From an uncultured Lachnospiraceae bacterium (GTDB lineage Bacteria > Bacillota > Clostridia > Lachnospirales > Lachnospiraceae), in NCBI GenBank assembly GCA_964632165.1, contig CAZWCZ010000001.1, forward strand, positions 77,681 through 141,680: a stretch of DNA of 64,000 nucleotides, written 5' to 3'. The notes beneath the pieces are model-generated. The model worked only from the letters and a program-made list of their open reading frames with translations. It made no database searches and was not told the DNA's origin. Below are positions 38,501 through 47,028 of this stretch, in pieces. Numbering within the stretch: the stretch's first letter is position 1; each line of letters starts with the position of its first letter. A program made the translations under genes and the position numbers.

Positions 38501-40172
38501 CACAATAAAGAAATGCATATGGCAATATTTCCGTTACGGTATCCGGTATCGTAACCTCAAGAAGTGTGGTATTGTACACATAATAATTATTCTCATATAA
38601 ATAGTAATGTCCCGCCCCGTTCTTTGTCTCCCGGATATTTTCTCCGACACTTTCTATCTTTCCATTTCCGAGAACGCCGTATTGATAGCTGATCTTACTG
38701 TAATACGTATATGTCGCATACTCATAGCAGTACACATAACTACCATGTGACATATCATATTGATACTTTATTGTTTTCGTGTAAGCAGACCCGGTAATTT
38801 TTTCATCTTCCTCAACAGAATGATATGTTTCCATACTTCCGCCAATTGTTCTTACAATATAACTTTCTTTTCCGCAAAAAATTATTTCCGGGAACGTCAA
38901 TTCCACAATATACTTTATATCTTCACTTTTTACCTCATACTTATTGCTGTCCGTTCCATACGTTTTTGGATGTACATAAACTGCATTTTCTCCATCTGCA
39001 ATAAAATACCAGCTGTTTCCTCTGCTGTCTGTCCCTACAAGATACTTTTCCCCGCGACTGGCTGCTTCATTCTCTTTTATCAGACCCCCTGATGTTTTTC
39101 CCTGATAGGACGCAAGATACATCATACCATCTGAAATTTTCTCCAATGTGTATCCCTCATCAGTAGAATAATAGCGGTGTTCTGCATCTGTTTTTTGATA
39201 AAATTTCGTTGTCACGGCAGTGGGCGTCGGAGTTGGTTCCTCAGGTGCTTTTGTTGCTTCAGGTGTGAGCGTTCCTTCATTTTGTTTCTCTCTATACAGA
39301 AAACTAAGTGTCAACACGCCTTTTCCAAGTTCACCGGATCTTAGGATTCGCGAAAATTCACTTTTTTCTTCTGTGCTTTCCACAATATTTCCATTTTCTG
39401 TGCTAAAACTATATCCCTCATAAGAATACCCGGAAAATGTCTGTGCCTGTTTTATAACGGTTTCTCCATAAAAATATTTCTCCGTGGATATCGAAAGAAT
39501 TTTTCCGCTTTCCGTATCCAACGCCCTTGTTATGACAGTGGTAAAGGAAAGTTGAAGATTTATCTCTCTGTCGTACGAATTCTTTATTGCATTTAATGCC
39601 GCATCAGACCACATTTCTTCCCACTCATCCAATGCAGATTCCATACTCTGATAACAATAATACTCCTTCCCGATATCTGCACCATCCTTTTCTACCCGCA
39701 AAGAACGACTTGCATAAACCTTCAGCTGCCCATTTGTCCGAATCAGTTCTTCCTTTGTATAATTTTCTAATATCCAGGACATCAGCTGTGCCGCATCCAA
39801 TTGCCTCGTTTCCCAGTAAATTCCGTCTGAATCCGGCTCCGTGGTAAGTTCCGGAATACGCGTTGTCTTTAACAGCAACATTCCATTATAATCATCAGCT
39901 GTTAAATACTGCGATGCTCCCTGTGTCTTTACCTTGTGTAAATACCAGTTTCCGGTCTTATAACGGTATGTTGCCGTTTCCTCTGCTTTTTTCTGCTTGA
40001 AAGACAGCTGAAAATCATTATCACTTGTCATTTCATACGACTCAAACGCATATACACGGTAGTCTTTTGTAACAAGAATCAGGGCAATAAAGCACAGTAC
40101 ATATCCAAACAAGTAACCTTTCTTAATAAATAACATTCCATCCGCTGCTGAATTTGCTGGTATCCACTCCAT
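35526..40172 (-). CDS. giant N-terminally anchored surface protein (BspA-type LRR, Listeria-Bacteroides repeats, RCC1-like blades)
   Basis: 1548 aa with TM YLFGYVLCFIALILV. LRR_5-like IPDTVTEILPYAFLYCEALHKI / IGEYAFAYHENLDEIAF. GYIYAGWNDEADGSGNFYEPGTKL and YTVTYHPNEGTG repeats. RCC1-like DGSLWASGHDVWGALGIG. No LPXTG. The start may be Met13 (40136). Confidence 0.75.
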   Translation of the reverse strand: MEWIPANSAADGMLFIKKGYLFGYVLCFIALILVTKDYRVYAFESYEMTSDNDFQLSFKQKKAEETATYRYKTGNWYLHKVKTQGASQYLTADDYNGMLLLKTTRIPELTTEPDSDGIYWETRQLDAAQLMSWILENYTKEELIRTNGQLKVYASRSLRVEKDGADIGKEYYCYQSMESALDEWEEMWSDAALNAIKNSYDREINLQLSFTTVITRALDTESGKILSISTEKYFYGETVIKQAQTFSGYSYEGYSFSTENGNIVESTEEKSEFSRILRSGELGKGVLTLSFLYREKQNEGTLTPEATKAPEEPTPTPTAVTTKFYQKTDAEHRYYSTDEGYTLEKISDGMMYLASYQGKTSGGLIKENEAASRGEKYLVGTDSRGNSWYFIADGENAVYVHPKTYGTDSNKYEVKSEDIKYIVELTFPEIIFCGKESYIVRTIGGSMETYHSVEEDEKITGSAYTKTIKYQYDMSHGSYVYCYEYATYTYYSKISYQYGVLGNGKIESVGENIRETKNGAGHYYLYENNYYVYNTTLLEVTIPDTVTEILPYAFLYCEALHKINGGEYVEKIGESAFRSAVNKNAELSEEWETAEEGQEEKRKIVYYYNGSYSQEKKTLVMQNWEKAVEFSLRLLPPEFSGLVRIGEYAFAYHENLDEIAFTDKTAQIENGAFLGCRLEQIKVPAVTMIGGGEDTLGTKGNVQEKTVIYTEPGAESVIAYGREYSDYYCIKCGYTVTYHPNEGTGNLQTSVSVLEDKSPDIVDGGVIYADFNNGIDSVAAVYFFIDKDGFIFLKKGEKLEKINVQATPEHIYFNDNSVLVFQQADGTLWKMHYQNKTIKVTLLQLLHSPEKIEKIVGSTTGSIGIYYETADGCQYYYWITADGTEKETLKKRAAEEGTIDTTFYYEGYHAGQNKERKAYYWNGTAWKLLSTARYPSETEIKAIWSTGYVTKTYDEYLDEYTESEINVYHAVDGNGNIRTRREGLEEWELTESEISSEVCYAKELYCDHQCSISLIQEENGIIHYMKTNSPDDTLSECQSKTVCFGKAEAKIQKTYALYGSDGEMLFYIELENGAFYWITDSLNMRSPLPEKMNRMAGELVYFEKLVLYHIGEFTTEEDFLSYTIENSAVIGLAKDGSLWASGHDVWGALGIGESVESVTKNNYTTMQNVSNGRKYRDIAVKVTESVSYEEEVFVSGKRDWQSTYALGEDGILYGTGKIGQKGTTLGIHVNSWQAISEVQAVALINHECTVTMSGCIFHTTNKIEEYEADAGYFYSATVLPNLFFQRQGYIYAGWNDEADGSGNFYEPGTKLILTDHLVLYAVWEKKASVQQQKFEITDTTDIAARKILSSGIQALILKKGYHFTYKISLLEGAFADEVESVRILADYFLISAEEAKRKEVCVYYTVISDGEKYCFVRAGSEMDQRNGQSNGIIHLTQKESDACWIGEFSLPTELYVVEKEKQKDFEWYKQRNSISGEEEFFIKEGYLGVRFTIEFETASGMSVEFKQWEETKLYSDMKDAGWNCKAGDVIRYDLGLSSAQDYVVGGVE

Positions 40173-41184
40173 CTTCCGTAATAATTTCTATCCCGTATCG
40201 ATAAGCAAACGCGCCATATCCGATATACGAAACATTCTTCGGAATGACAACTTCTTTTACCTTATTTCTGCTCAACCACTCCGGACTTTCATTCGCAGAA
40301 AATGCCGCCATGCCAATATACCTTAATGTAGAAGGAAGTACTATCCTCGTCAATTCTTCACATCTTAAAAATGCTGCATCTGCAATCCACTCCGTGCCTT
40401 CAGGAATTACAATTTCAGTCAAAGGTGCATTTAAAAAACAAGAATCACCGATCCTTTTTAATGTAGAAGGCAATACAATGGAAGTCAGCTCACTGGTTCC
40501 AAGAAATTCTATTCCGGTAACTCCTTCGCTGATATGTACCTCTTTTATAAAGTTGGCATAGGTTGTCTTGCCCCATGGTTCATATTGTCCTATTTCGCTT
40601 TTCGCTTTTGCCCCTTCCCACATATCTCCCGTTCCATTCACGATCAATGCAGCATCGGAATATTTCACATTTTCTTTTGACCAGAGACTAACTGCAATAT
40701 TCTCCCCGTATTTCCACTCATATTGCAAATACGGATATTGCTCTGTTATATCCTGATACCACTTTTCCCCCGGAAGATCTCCTGCCAAATCGGGTGTCGG
40801 AGTCGGCAATGCTGCCGATGTTTCCGTTACTGCAGGTGTTTCCGTTACCGATGATGTTTCCGTTACCGATGATGTTTCCGTTACCGATGGTGTTTCCGTT
40901 ACCGATGGTATTATCGTCATTGTTGGAGTCGGGACTTCTGTTAGCGTTATGTATGACCTTGGTGCAGATGAAATTTCAGATATTTCTTCCGGTTCTACGC
41001 ATTCGGACAGCACCGGTGTATCTGACATCTGTATACCTGCAGGCAGAGTAATATTTGCATCTTCAGAACACTCATCACGATATGACATCAAAAATACTGC
41101 CGTTCCTGCAATTGCCATGGCAAAGATCACTCCTGCCAGCACTTTTTTCACCATCTTTCTTTCAAATTTCTTCCCTATATACAT
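40123..41184 (-). CDS. N-anchored BspA-type leucine-rich-repeat surface protein with a (S/P)xVTET repeat stalk
   Basis: TM VLAGVIFAMAIAGTAVFL, five VTET hexapeptide repeats, and LRR_5-like LTSIVLPSTLKRIGDSCFLNAPLTEIVIPEGTEWIADAAFLRCEELTRIVLPSTL. Confidence 0.7.
   Translation of the reverse strand: MYIGKKFERKMVKKVLAGVIFAMAIAGTAVFLMSYRDECSEDANITLPAGIQMSDTPVLSECVEPEEISEISSAPRSYITLTEVPTPTMTIIPSVTETPSVTETSSVTETSSVTETPAVTETSAALPTPTPDLAGDLPGEKWYQDITEQYPYLQYEWKYGENIAVSLWSKENVKYSDAALIVNGTGDMWEGAKAKSEIGQYEPWGKTTYANFIKEVHISEGVTGIEFLGTSELTSIVLPSTLKRIGDSCFLNAPLTEIVIPEGTEWIADAAFLRCEELTRIVLPSTLRYIGMAAFSANESPEWLSRNKVKEVVIPKNVSYIGYGAFAYRYGIEIITEDGVDTSKFSSGWNVIY
40820..40909. repeat. 5 x 18-bp tandem repeat (gtttccgttaccgatgrt) encoding the VTET stalk
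   Basis: Units counted by hand at 40820, 40838, 40856, 40874 and 40892. Units 2=3 and 4=5 are identical. Confidence 0.9.
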
Positions 41185-41273
41185 GTAGCTTTCCTTTTAA
41201 CTAATTTTTCCCTTTCTTTGTTTTTCCCCTATTTTTATCATATACTATTTTACATATTTTGGCAATTAGTATT

Positions 41274-41969
41274 TTATTTCGTCAAAAAAACGCTATCTGT
41301 CCGGTCTTTTTTACGTATGTAAACATTTGCATCCATACAATTTTCATAAAACACATCTTCGCCTAGCGGCCAGCCCTGAAACACCACAATCAGCATCGGA
41401 AAACTCAATTTCTGTGAACGATCCGTCAGAAAATACGGAACATAAAATTCATATTCCATACCATATTGTCTTGCGATCCGATTATGTTCACATATCATAT
41501 CCGCAACATTCATTTCCAGATATGTCTGTATGATTTTTCTGTTTTCTTCTTCCTGTCCGGTCAATACATACGGCATCTTTTTGCTCCATGTGCCTGTAGA
41601 TTCCACATGATCGACAGTTTCCTGTGCAGTAAAGAAATATCCTCCGTCTTCTTCCAGCCATACCAGCAACGGAATATGCATCCTGCTCTCTTTTTGCTTT
41701 TCCTCATTCCCTGAAATCCCAATCCGGGTAAACCAAGAAGAGAAAAAAGTTTCCTCCAACAGATAAAGTTTTACCTCCGTCGTTTCTTCCATGACTTCCG
41801 TCATCTTCCATGCCGAGGCATCCACCGCATAGAGCAGGCTTTCCTCCATTCTCCTCTTCTCATCCTTTATTCCCCGATACTGCATTTGTGCAGAAAATAC
41901 CTCCAAAAAACAATAGCCAAACAAAATGAAAAAAAGTAATGCCATATGTCCCTGCTTCACATTTACCAC
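41274..41969 (-). CDS. N-anchored hypothetical protein (candidate minor pilin / assembly factor)
   Basis: 231 aa with TM ALLFFILFGYCFLEVF. Overlaps the upstream gene by 7 nt. Confidence 0.5.
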   Translation of the reverse strand: MVNVKQGHMALLFFILFGYCFLEVFSAQMQYRGIKDEKRRMEESLLYAVDASAWKMTEVMEETTEVKLYLLEETFFSSWFTRIGISGNEEKQKESRMHIPLLVWLEEDGGYFFTAQETVDHVESTGTWSKKMPYVLTGQEEENRKIIQTYLEMNVADMICEHNRIARQYGMEYEFYVPYFLTDRSQKLSFPMLIVVFQGWPLGEDVFYENCMDANVYIRKKDRTDSVFLTK

Positions 41970-42355
41970 CGTATCATTCGATACAATATCACCCTTTTTA
42001 TCGAAGCTTCACTGAAACATATCATAAAAAAGTCCCCTGCTTCAAGCAAAATCCTACCCTCTTCCGCGAGTATGTTTTCCCATTGCGACTGTATCAGAAT
42101 CTCTTCCTTTCTGTATAATCGGAACGAAATTTCGTAAGAAGTACTTACACTCAAGACCTTTTTTCTCCATGTCTCATACTCTTCATAAGAAACACTTTGT
42201 TTTCGCTCCGCCATATCAAAAAAACTTTCCGTTATGTATTCCGCATAATCTAATCTGGTTTCTTCTTTCCAATATTCCGAAAACAGCATCCATGCTCCCA
42301 GCAACAGCAGCATAAATAATATCATATCCAATGTTTCTGAACATATTTTGTACAT
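41963..42355 (-). CDS. N-anchored hypothetical protein
   Basis: 130 aa with TM MILFMLLLLGAWMLF. Abuts the upstream stop with no gap. Confidence 0.5.
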   Translation of the reverse strand: MYKICSETLDMILFMLLLLGAWMLFSEYWKEETRLDYAEYITESFFDMAERKQSVSYEEYETWRKKVLSVSTSYEISFRLYRKEEILIQSQWENILAEEGRILLEAGDFFMICFSEASIKRVILYRMIRW

Positions 42356-42763
42356 CTATTTCTCCCAAAGCAATGCCTTTCCATAATACCGTTTTCCGCA
42401 TACATGGAGACAAACTTCACTTTCCTTCCGAAAACTGTAGATGCCTTCCTCCTGCAATATTTCCTTTATCTCCTGCCAGGAAATAAGATATCGGTACTCT
42501 TTTCCGTTTTCGGTCTGTTCCTTTTGGAATTCTTCCAGAAATATTTCCTCTCCTTCCCCTGTCAGACGCAATCTCTGACAAAATGCAGTATAATCATTTA
42601 AGCTGCAGCACCCTTCACGGCAGATGCTTTCAAAGAAAAGGACGGTCTGTGCCTCTTTCCAGGACGAAAGGAAATACCGGTACTGTGACTGCTTCATACC
42701 TGCCGCCGTTAAAATCAACAGACTTCCAAGTATGATTAAAACGCCTCTTTGCAACTGCCTCAC
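42356..42763 (-). CDS. N-anchored hypothetical protein
   Basis: 135 aa with a GTG start after GAGGAG. TM GVLIILGSLLILTAAG. Confidence 0.5.
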   Translation of the reverse strand: MRQLQRGVLIILGSLLILTAAGMKQSQYRYFLSSWKEAQTVLFFESICREGCCSLNDYTAFCQRLRLTGEGEEIFLEEFQKEQTENGKEYRYLISWQEIKEILQEEGIYSFRKESEVCLHVCGKRYYGKALLWEK

Positions 42764-42769
42764 ACGCTA

Positions 42770-42928
42770 CTCCTCATTCTTTAGCTGAATGGACGGATGC
42801 GAAATCATTCCATTCAATGTCCGATATACACTTAAAACCATTTTTGTCTGCGAAAACAATAGCATTAAGCACAAAGCAAATACTCCTAAAGATACAGCAA
42901 ATAACAGATACTCCTTTCCTGATCTCAT
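42770..42928 (-). CDS. 52-aa Flp-pilin-like small hydrophobic protein (not in the ORF track)
   Basis: Own translation: MRSGKEYLLFAVSLGVFALCLMLLFSQTKMVLSVYRTLNGMISHPSIQLKNEE*. The ATG overlaps the TGA of the upstream gene (ATGA). It fills an otherwise unexplained 160-nt gap. Confidence 0.5.
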
Positions 42929-43383
42929 TTTTTCTGTTCAAAAGAAACCGCTGCAACTTCTCCATTTTCATCAAATTCAAGCTTTGACATAAAGGAAGAT
43001 GACGGATTGATATAGCTTTCCTCATTCGCGCTGTCAGAAATGTCGGTAAGCACCTTAGAATCCGATGCATGAATTTCCGGATATGTATACTCCTGTGCTT
43101 CTTTACTCTTAGAAACCAAATATCCGTTCTTGACTTTTATGCTGATGCCGTCTTCTTCCGTTAAAGTTTTGATAAGATCAATGATCTGGCTGCCTTTGAC
43201 TGTTGTATCATCATAGACCTTCAATTTTGCATTACTAAAACCGGATACAATATCATCATAATCCTTTAATGAACTGTTAATACTTGCATTCCCTTTTTTA
43301 TAAATAGTTACCGCCACAAAACAAACTGCTACTACAAGCAGAATCCCAACTGCACTTTTAATAAAATTCTTTGACTCACTCAT
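42925..43383 (-). CDS. N-anchored hypothetical protein (pseudopilin-like; paralog of 43386..43805)
   Basis: MSESKNFIKSAVGILLVVAVCFVAV aligns with MNVSKEFLMEAVGLSLLVALLMLGV. RBS AAAGGAGAA upstream. Confidence 0.5.
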   Translation of the reverse strand: MSESKNFIKSAVGILLVVAVCFVAVTIYKKGNASINSSLKDYDDIVSGFSNAKLKVYDDTTVKGSQIIDLIKTLTEEDGISIKVKNGYLVSKSKEAQEYTYPEIHASDSKVLTDISDSANEESYINPSSSFMSKLEFDENGEVAAVSFEQKK

Positions 43384-43385
43384 AT

Positions 43386-43805
43386 TCAATTCTCCTTTTC
43401 TTTCATTCTGATATACTCTACATTTTTGTTTTCTCCCCGTACTACATGGCACTCATATTCCTGAAATACACTCATGCCAAATTCTGAGGTATCCTCTCGA
43501 AGCATTGCTGCTTCTTTTCCTGTTTTTACTTCATATGTATTTCCCGATGTTTCAATCCGCACAGGAAGTGCATACTGATCTACCATTGCCTTGATATAAC
43601 TGATCGCCGTAATCCCATCCACTGTTTGTCCGTCATACTGTACAATTTCGTACTCCTGCATTCTCGTAAGTGTCTCTTCCTGTCGTTCCGCCATATAATT
43701 CATCAGTCCGGATGCACTTTGGAACATCTTAACTCCCAGCATTAAAAGTGCTACAAGCAAAGACAATCCTACCGCTTCCATTAAAAATTCTTTACTTACA
43801 TTCAT
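43386..43805 (-). CDS. N-anchored hypothetical protein (pseudopilin-like)
   Basis: 139 aa with a short polar leader and then a hydrophobic helix. Confidence 0.5.
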   Translation of the reverse strand: MNVSKEFLMEAVGLSLLVALLMLGVKMFQSASGLMNYMAERQEETLTRMQEYEIVQYDGQTVDGITAISYIKAMVDQYALPVRIETSGNTYEVKTGKEAAMLREDTSEFGMSVFQEYECHVVRGENKNVEYIRMKEKEN

Positions 43806-43812
43806 TTTGTTT

Positions 43813-45402
43813 CTACATCCTCATTTCTTCCAAAATCCGAAATACTTCTGAAACTCCCTGCAGCGATGTAAGAAGAAACGGCAGAATAAAATATGCCGAC
43901 AATGCCAATGCTGATGGTATTTTGGACAACAGATCCATGCCGTCTTTTTTTTGTTCTATTTTAATTTCAGCTTCCATTTGTGACATTTTTTCCATCATTC
44001 TTCTATTGTTCTCAACTTCTGCAAATGCTTTTCGAATGCCGACTTCGTCTACCGCAAGAAACCCCTCTGCCAATTCACGAAATCCTTCATGCAATGCTCC
44101 CGCCTCTTCTCGTAACCGTCTTAATGCTTTTTCCGGTCCGGCCGCATAAGAATTAATGCAAATCCTCAGTTCTCTCCTAAACAAACGGCTGAAAATCTCC
44201 ATATCTTCCAAAAGTTCCGGAATCGTTGCATCTGCCATTCTCCGTTCCATAAGAACAACTGACTGAAATTGTCTGATCTCATACTCTGCCTGCTGAAGCA
44301 GAAGTTTTCTCCGGTACCATAGTTTCACAACAGGTGCTGCAAATGCAACTCCTCCACACACAACAGAAACCAGAAAAATCATTCCATAATTCCTTATACC
44401 GATATACAAAAGAAACATGTTCATTCCAACAAACACTGTTGCCATATAAAAGATCATACGAAGCAGAAAATTTCCGTACGTATCCCTTGTATCTGTCTGG
44501 AGCAACAACTTCCGTATCCATTCACTAAACCGGTTCTCCTGTTTTTCAAGCTGCTCTTCCATCCGCATTTTGGAGAAAAACTTCTTTTCTGCATTTTGTT
44601 CCCGAAAAAAATATATTTCTTTCGCATTATTGATAAACGAATATACAGCGTAAGATACCAGCAGCGTTATCACCTCTATGATTTTCCCAATCCCACCATA
44701 AAAAGCAGCCAGGTCAGGTTCAAACTCCAATCCCCACTGTCGAAGAATCGGCATGGCATAAAATGGTGCAAGTGATACAAAGGTATAGCCTGAAAATTCA
44801 TGACTTCTTTTTTTTCTGCGATAAATTTCTTCCATCACGATCAGCCGCAAATGTTCCAGATTCTCAGAAAAAAGGGAAGAATCTTCCGATATTTTAATGT
44901 CTCCTTTTTCTGATGTTTCAAACGCCTGCACTAAAAACAATTTCAAATACTGATTGTACTTTGTATACAATATATAATTGCGTACCTGCTCTCTTCTGTC
45001 ACTCTCCGACAGAATACGATACAGTCTGGAAGCATGAAGGCGTAATTCTTCACCGGTTTCCTCTGCCGCATCTTTAATGGCATTAGCCACATTTTGCTCT
45101 GACATATAAAAATGTTTTACCCTGGAAAGAAACGACAGCATCTCTTTGTATATCCTATACTCTGTCTTTTGAATACGGCTTCCGGAAATTTCCGTATATA
45201 CAATATAAAGAGTAAACACAAGACCTCCTGAAAAGTACAGAGCCGAAGGGATCCCCAGAAGCATATTCCACCAAAAGAAAGCGAGTAAGGCAACGGATCC
45301 CACCACGATTATCCGGCGTTCATCCTCTTCCACCAGTTGATTCAGCCTTTTTTCTCCATATGGGCAAAGATTCTCATACTTTTTTGCAAGTCGGGATATC
45401 AT
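43813..45402 (-). CDS. polytopic membrane protein with two-repeat TadB/TadC (T2SS-F-like) architecture
   Basis: The pattern [TM pair - about 150-aa helical cytoplasmic domain - TMs] occurs twice. The ATG overlaps the ATPase stop. The position immediately after the ATPase matches tadA-tadB-tadC order. Confidence 0.5.
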   Translation of the reverse strand: MISRLAKKYENLCPYGEKRLNQLVEEDERRIIVVGSVALLAFFWWNMLLGIPSALYFSGGLVFTLYIVYTEISGSRIQKTEYRIYKEMLSFLSRVKHFYMSEQNVANAIKDAAEETGEELRLHASRLYRILSESDRREQVRNYILYTKYNQYLKLFLVQAFETSEKGDIKISEDSSLFSENLEHLRLIVMEEIYRRKKRSHEFSGYTFVSLAPFYAMPILRQWGLEFEPDLAAFYGGIGKIIEVITLLVSYAVYSFINNAKEIYFFREQNAEKKFFSKMRMEEQLEKQENRFSEWIRKLLLQTDTRDTYGNFLLRMIFYMATVFVGMNMFLLYIGIRNYGMIFLVSVVCGGVAFAAPVVKLWYRRKLLLQQAEYEIRQFQSVVLMERRMADATIPELLEDMEIFSRLFRRELRICINSYAAGPEKALRRLREEAGALHEGFRELAEGFLAVDEVGIRKAFAEVENNRRMMEKMSQMEAEIKIEQKKDGMDLLSKIPSALALSAYFILPFLLTSLQGVSEVFRILEEMRM

Positions 45403-47006
45403 GCTTTGCTCCCCTCCCATCCAAAAAACAGTGCAAAGGAACGAAACTCTTCCGGTCCGAGTTCATCTTCTGCACGCAAAAAAGTTGCCTTGCTTGGTAT
45501 CCCAACAAGTTTCCCTTTTTGCTCCTTCTCATCAAATCGATAGATTTCCCGGATTTCATACGGTTTCTCCCTTCCTGATACTTTCTGCCTCGGAACAACC
45601 TCATGGATATACTGCACATATCGTTTTCCAAACCGGTTTCGAAGATGAATGTCAAATCCAAGACCGGCAGCAGCATCCTGCATTGCAAGCTCTTCCTTCG
45701 CATAACCACCGATACACAGTTTTGCATTCACAAAATCCGTTACCATCTGTTCTGTTGTAATATAATGTGCCGAAAAAAACAGTTGCGTTGCAATTTTTGA
45801 AATATCCATTGCCAGGATCGCAACCGAAGCGGAATTGATCTCTCCGATCGCAAATATCTGTCCTGTCGTCTTTCTTGCAAATGCCAATACATCTTCCGCA
45901 GGTGTTGCCTGTGAAATACGCATCGTCATTGTATTTCTTTCCGGAAGAAAGCTCCGCACATTCAGTTCAAACGACTCCGACTCTATGACCCTTAAATTTC
46001 TTTCCCTTTTTGTTTCCTTTAAACATGCCCGGAACAATGTCGTTTTCCCTGATGCCATTTCTCCGGTGATCGCTATGTTCCTTCCGCTTTGCACTAACCA
46101 TCGGATCAGCTCAGCAAGAAAGCTTTTCCCCTCTTTTCCCGGATAAAGGCTGTCCAGTGTCACTCCGGAAACGGCATCAAATTTTCGTATCAACCCGACC
46201 CACACGTCTGTGACCGGCGGTCGCGATACGGAAACTCTTCTTCCATCTGCCGTATCTACCACAATCATCGGATGATTCTGTGTCAACTCTCCCGCCCGTG
46301 CGTCCCGTATCAGATTACGAAGTACTCTTGTGAGTTCCTCTTCCGTACCGAAACTTAAAAATTTAAGCCATACCATCTTCCCTCGGATCAGTACATGGAT
46401 TCCATCCCAGTCATAAAATTTTTCATTTTCTTCCTTCACTAACAGTTCCCGGTAACTATATGCTTTGATCGCATATCCATTCATTCCAAGCTGTATTTCT
46501 TCAATACATCCTTTCTGCTGATTGATACTGTCGATTGTACCCAGCCCTACAGTATCCGCAAACAGCAGCTGTGATAACACCTGGATCCGATCTTCCGGGT
46601 CAAGCTTTAACTCACGTGCAATAAATTCTCTGCGAAGCATTTCCTCAGTCACAACGACATGCTCCTGTCCCTCTCCAAATCCCGCATGTTCCCAAAATTG
46701 AAAGAATCCGTATTCTTCCTTTATCCGGTCTCCTGCATAGATCAGGACTTCAAACATCTGTTGTCCGGTCAGAAGTTCCGGATAATCTGTCGGCAACAGA
46801 TTTTTGATCTCTTTTTCTGTCAGTCCCAGTTCCCGTACTAAATAAGATCGAATCAGTTCCTTTACTGCTTCCTTTGCTCCGTAATTCCCCGAGCAGCAGG
46901 TACGGATGCTTTTAGACAGCATTCTCCGATACTCTTCCTGATTCCGGTATTCTCCCTCGCTTAATCCGGCATCTGCAATCGGCATTTCCGTATATTCGTT
47001 CAGCAT
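45399..47006 (-). CDS. CpaF/TadA-like type II/IV secretion-family ATPase (divergent)
   Basis: GLIRKFD, Walker A ITGEMASGKTT, RVIESESFEL (Asp-box position) and IFAIGEINS (Walker B position). The ORF is open to 47168, but that would overlap the upstream gene by 140 nt, so Met55 with RBS AAGGAAAG was chosen. Confidence 0.7.
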   Translation of the reverse strand: MLNEYTEMPIADAGLSEGEYRNQEEYRRMLSKSIRTCCSGNYGAKEAVKELIRSYLVRELGLTEKEIKNLLPTDYPELLTGQQMFEVLIYAGDRIKEEYGFFQFWEHAGFGEGQEHVVVTEEMLRREFIARELKLDPEDRIQVLSQLLFADTVGLGTIDSINQQKGCIEEIQLGMNGYAIKAYSYRELLVKEENEKFYDWDGIHVLIRGKMVWLKFLSFGTEEELTRVLRNLIRDARAGELTQNHPMIVVDTADGRRVSVSRPPVTDVWVGLIRKFDAVSGVTLDSLYPGKEGKSFLAELIRWLVQSGRNIAITGEMASGKTTLFRACLKETKRERNLRVIESESFELNVRSFLPERNTMTMRISQATPAEDVLAFARKTTGQIFAIGEINSASVAILAMDISKIATQLFFSAHYITTEQMVTDFVNAKLCIGGYAKEELAMQDAAAGLGFDIHLRNRFGKRYVQYIHEVVPRQKVSGREKPYEIREIYRFDEKEQKGKLVGIPSKATFLRAEDELGPEEFRSFALFFGWEGSKA

Positions 47007-47028
47007 GTGATATATTCTTTCCTTTAAT

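Noticed and set aside
33746-40172. The methyltransferase plus the neighbouring giant gene read as a BREX/type IIG-like defence pair
   Set aside because: The 1548-aa protein is convergent and separated by a strong terminator. It is membrane-anchored and made of LRR/RCC1/List-Bact repeats, with no nuclease, helicase or PglZ motifs.
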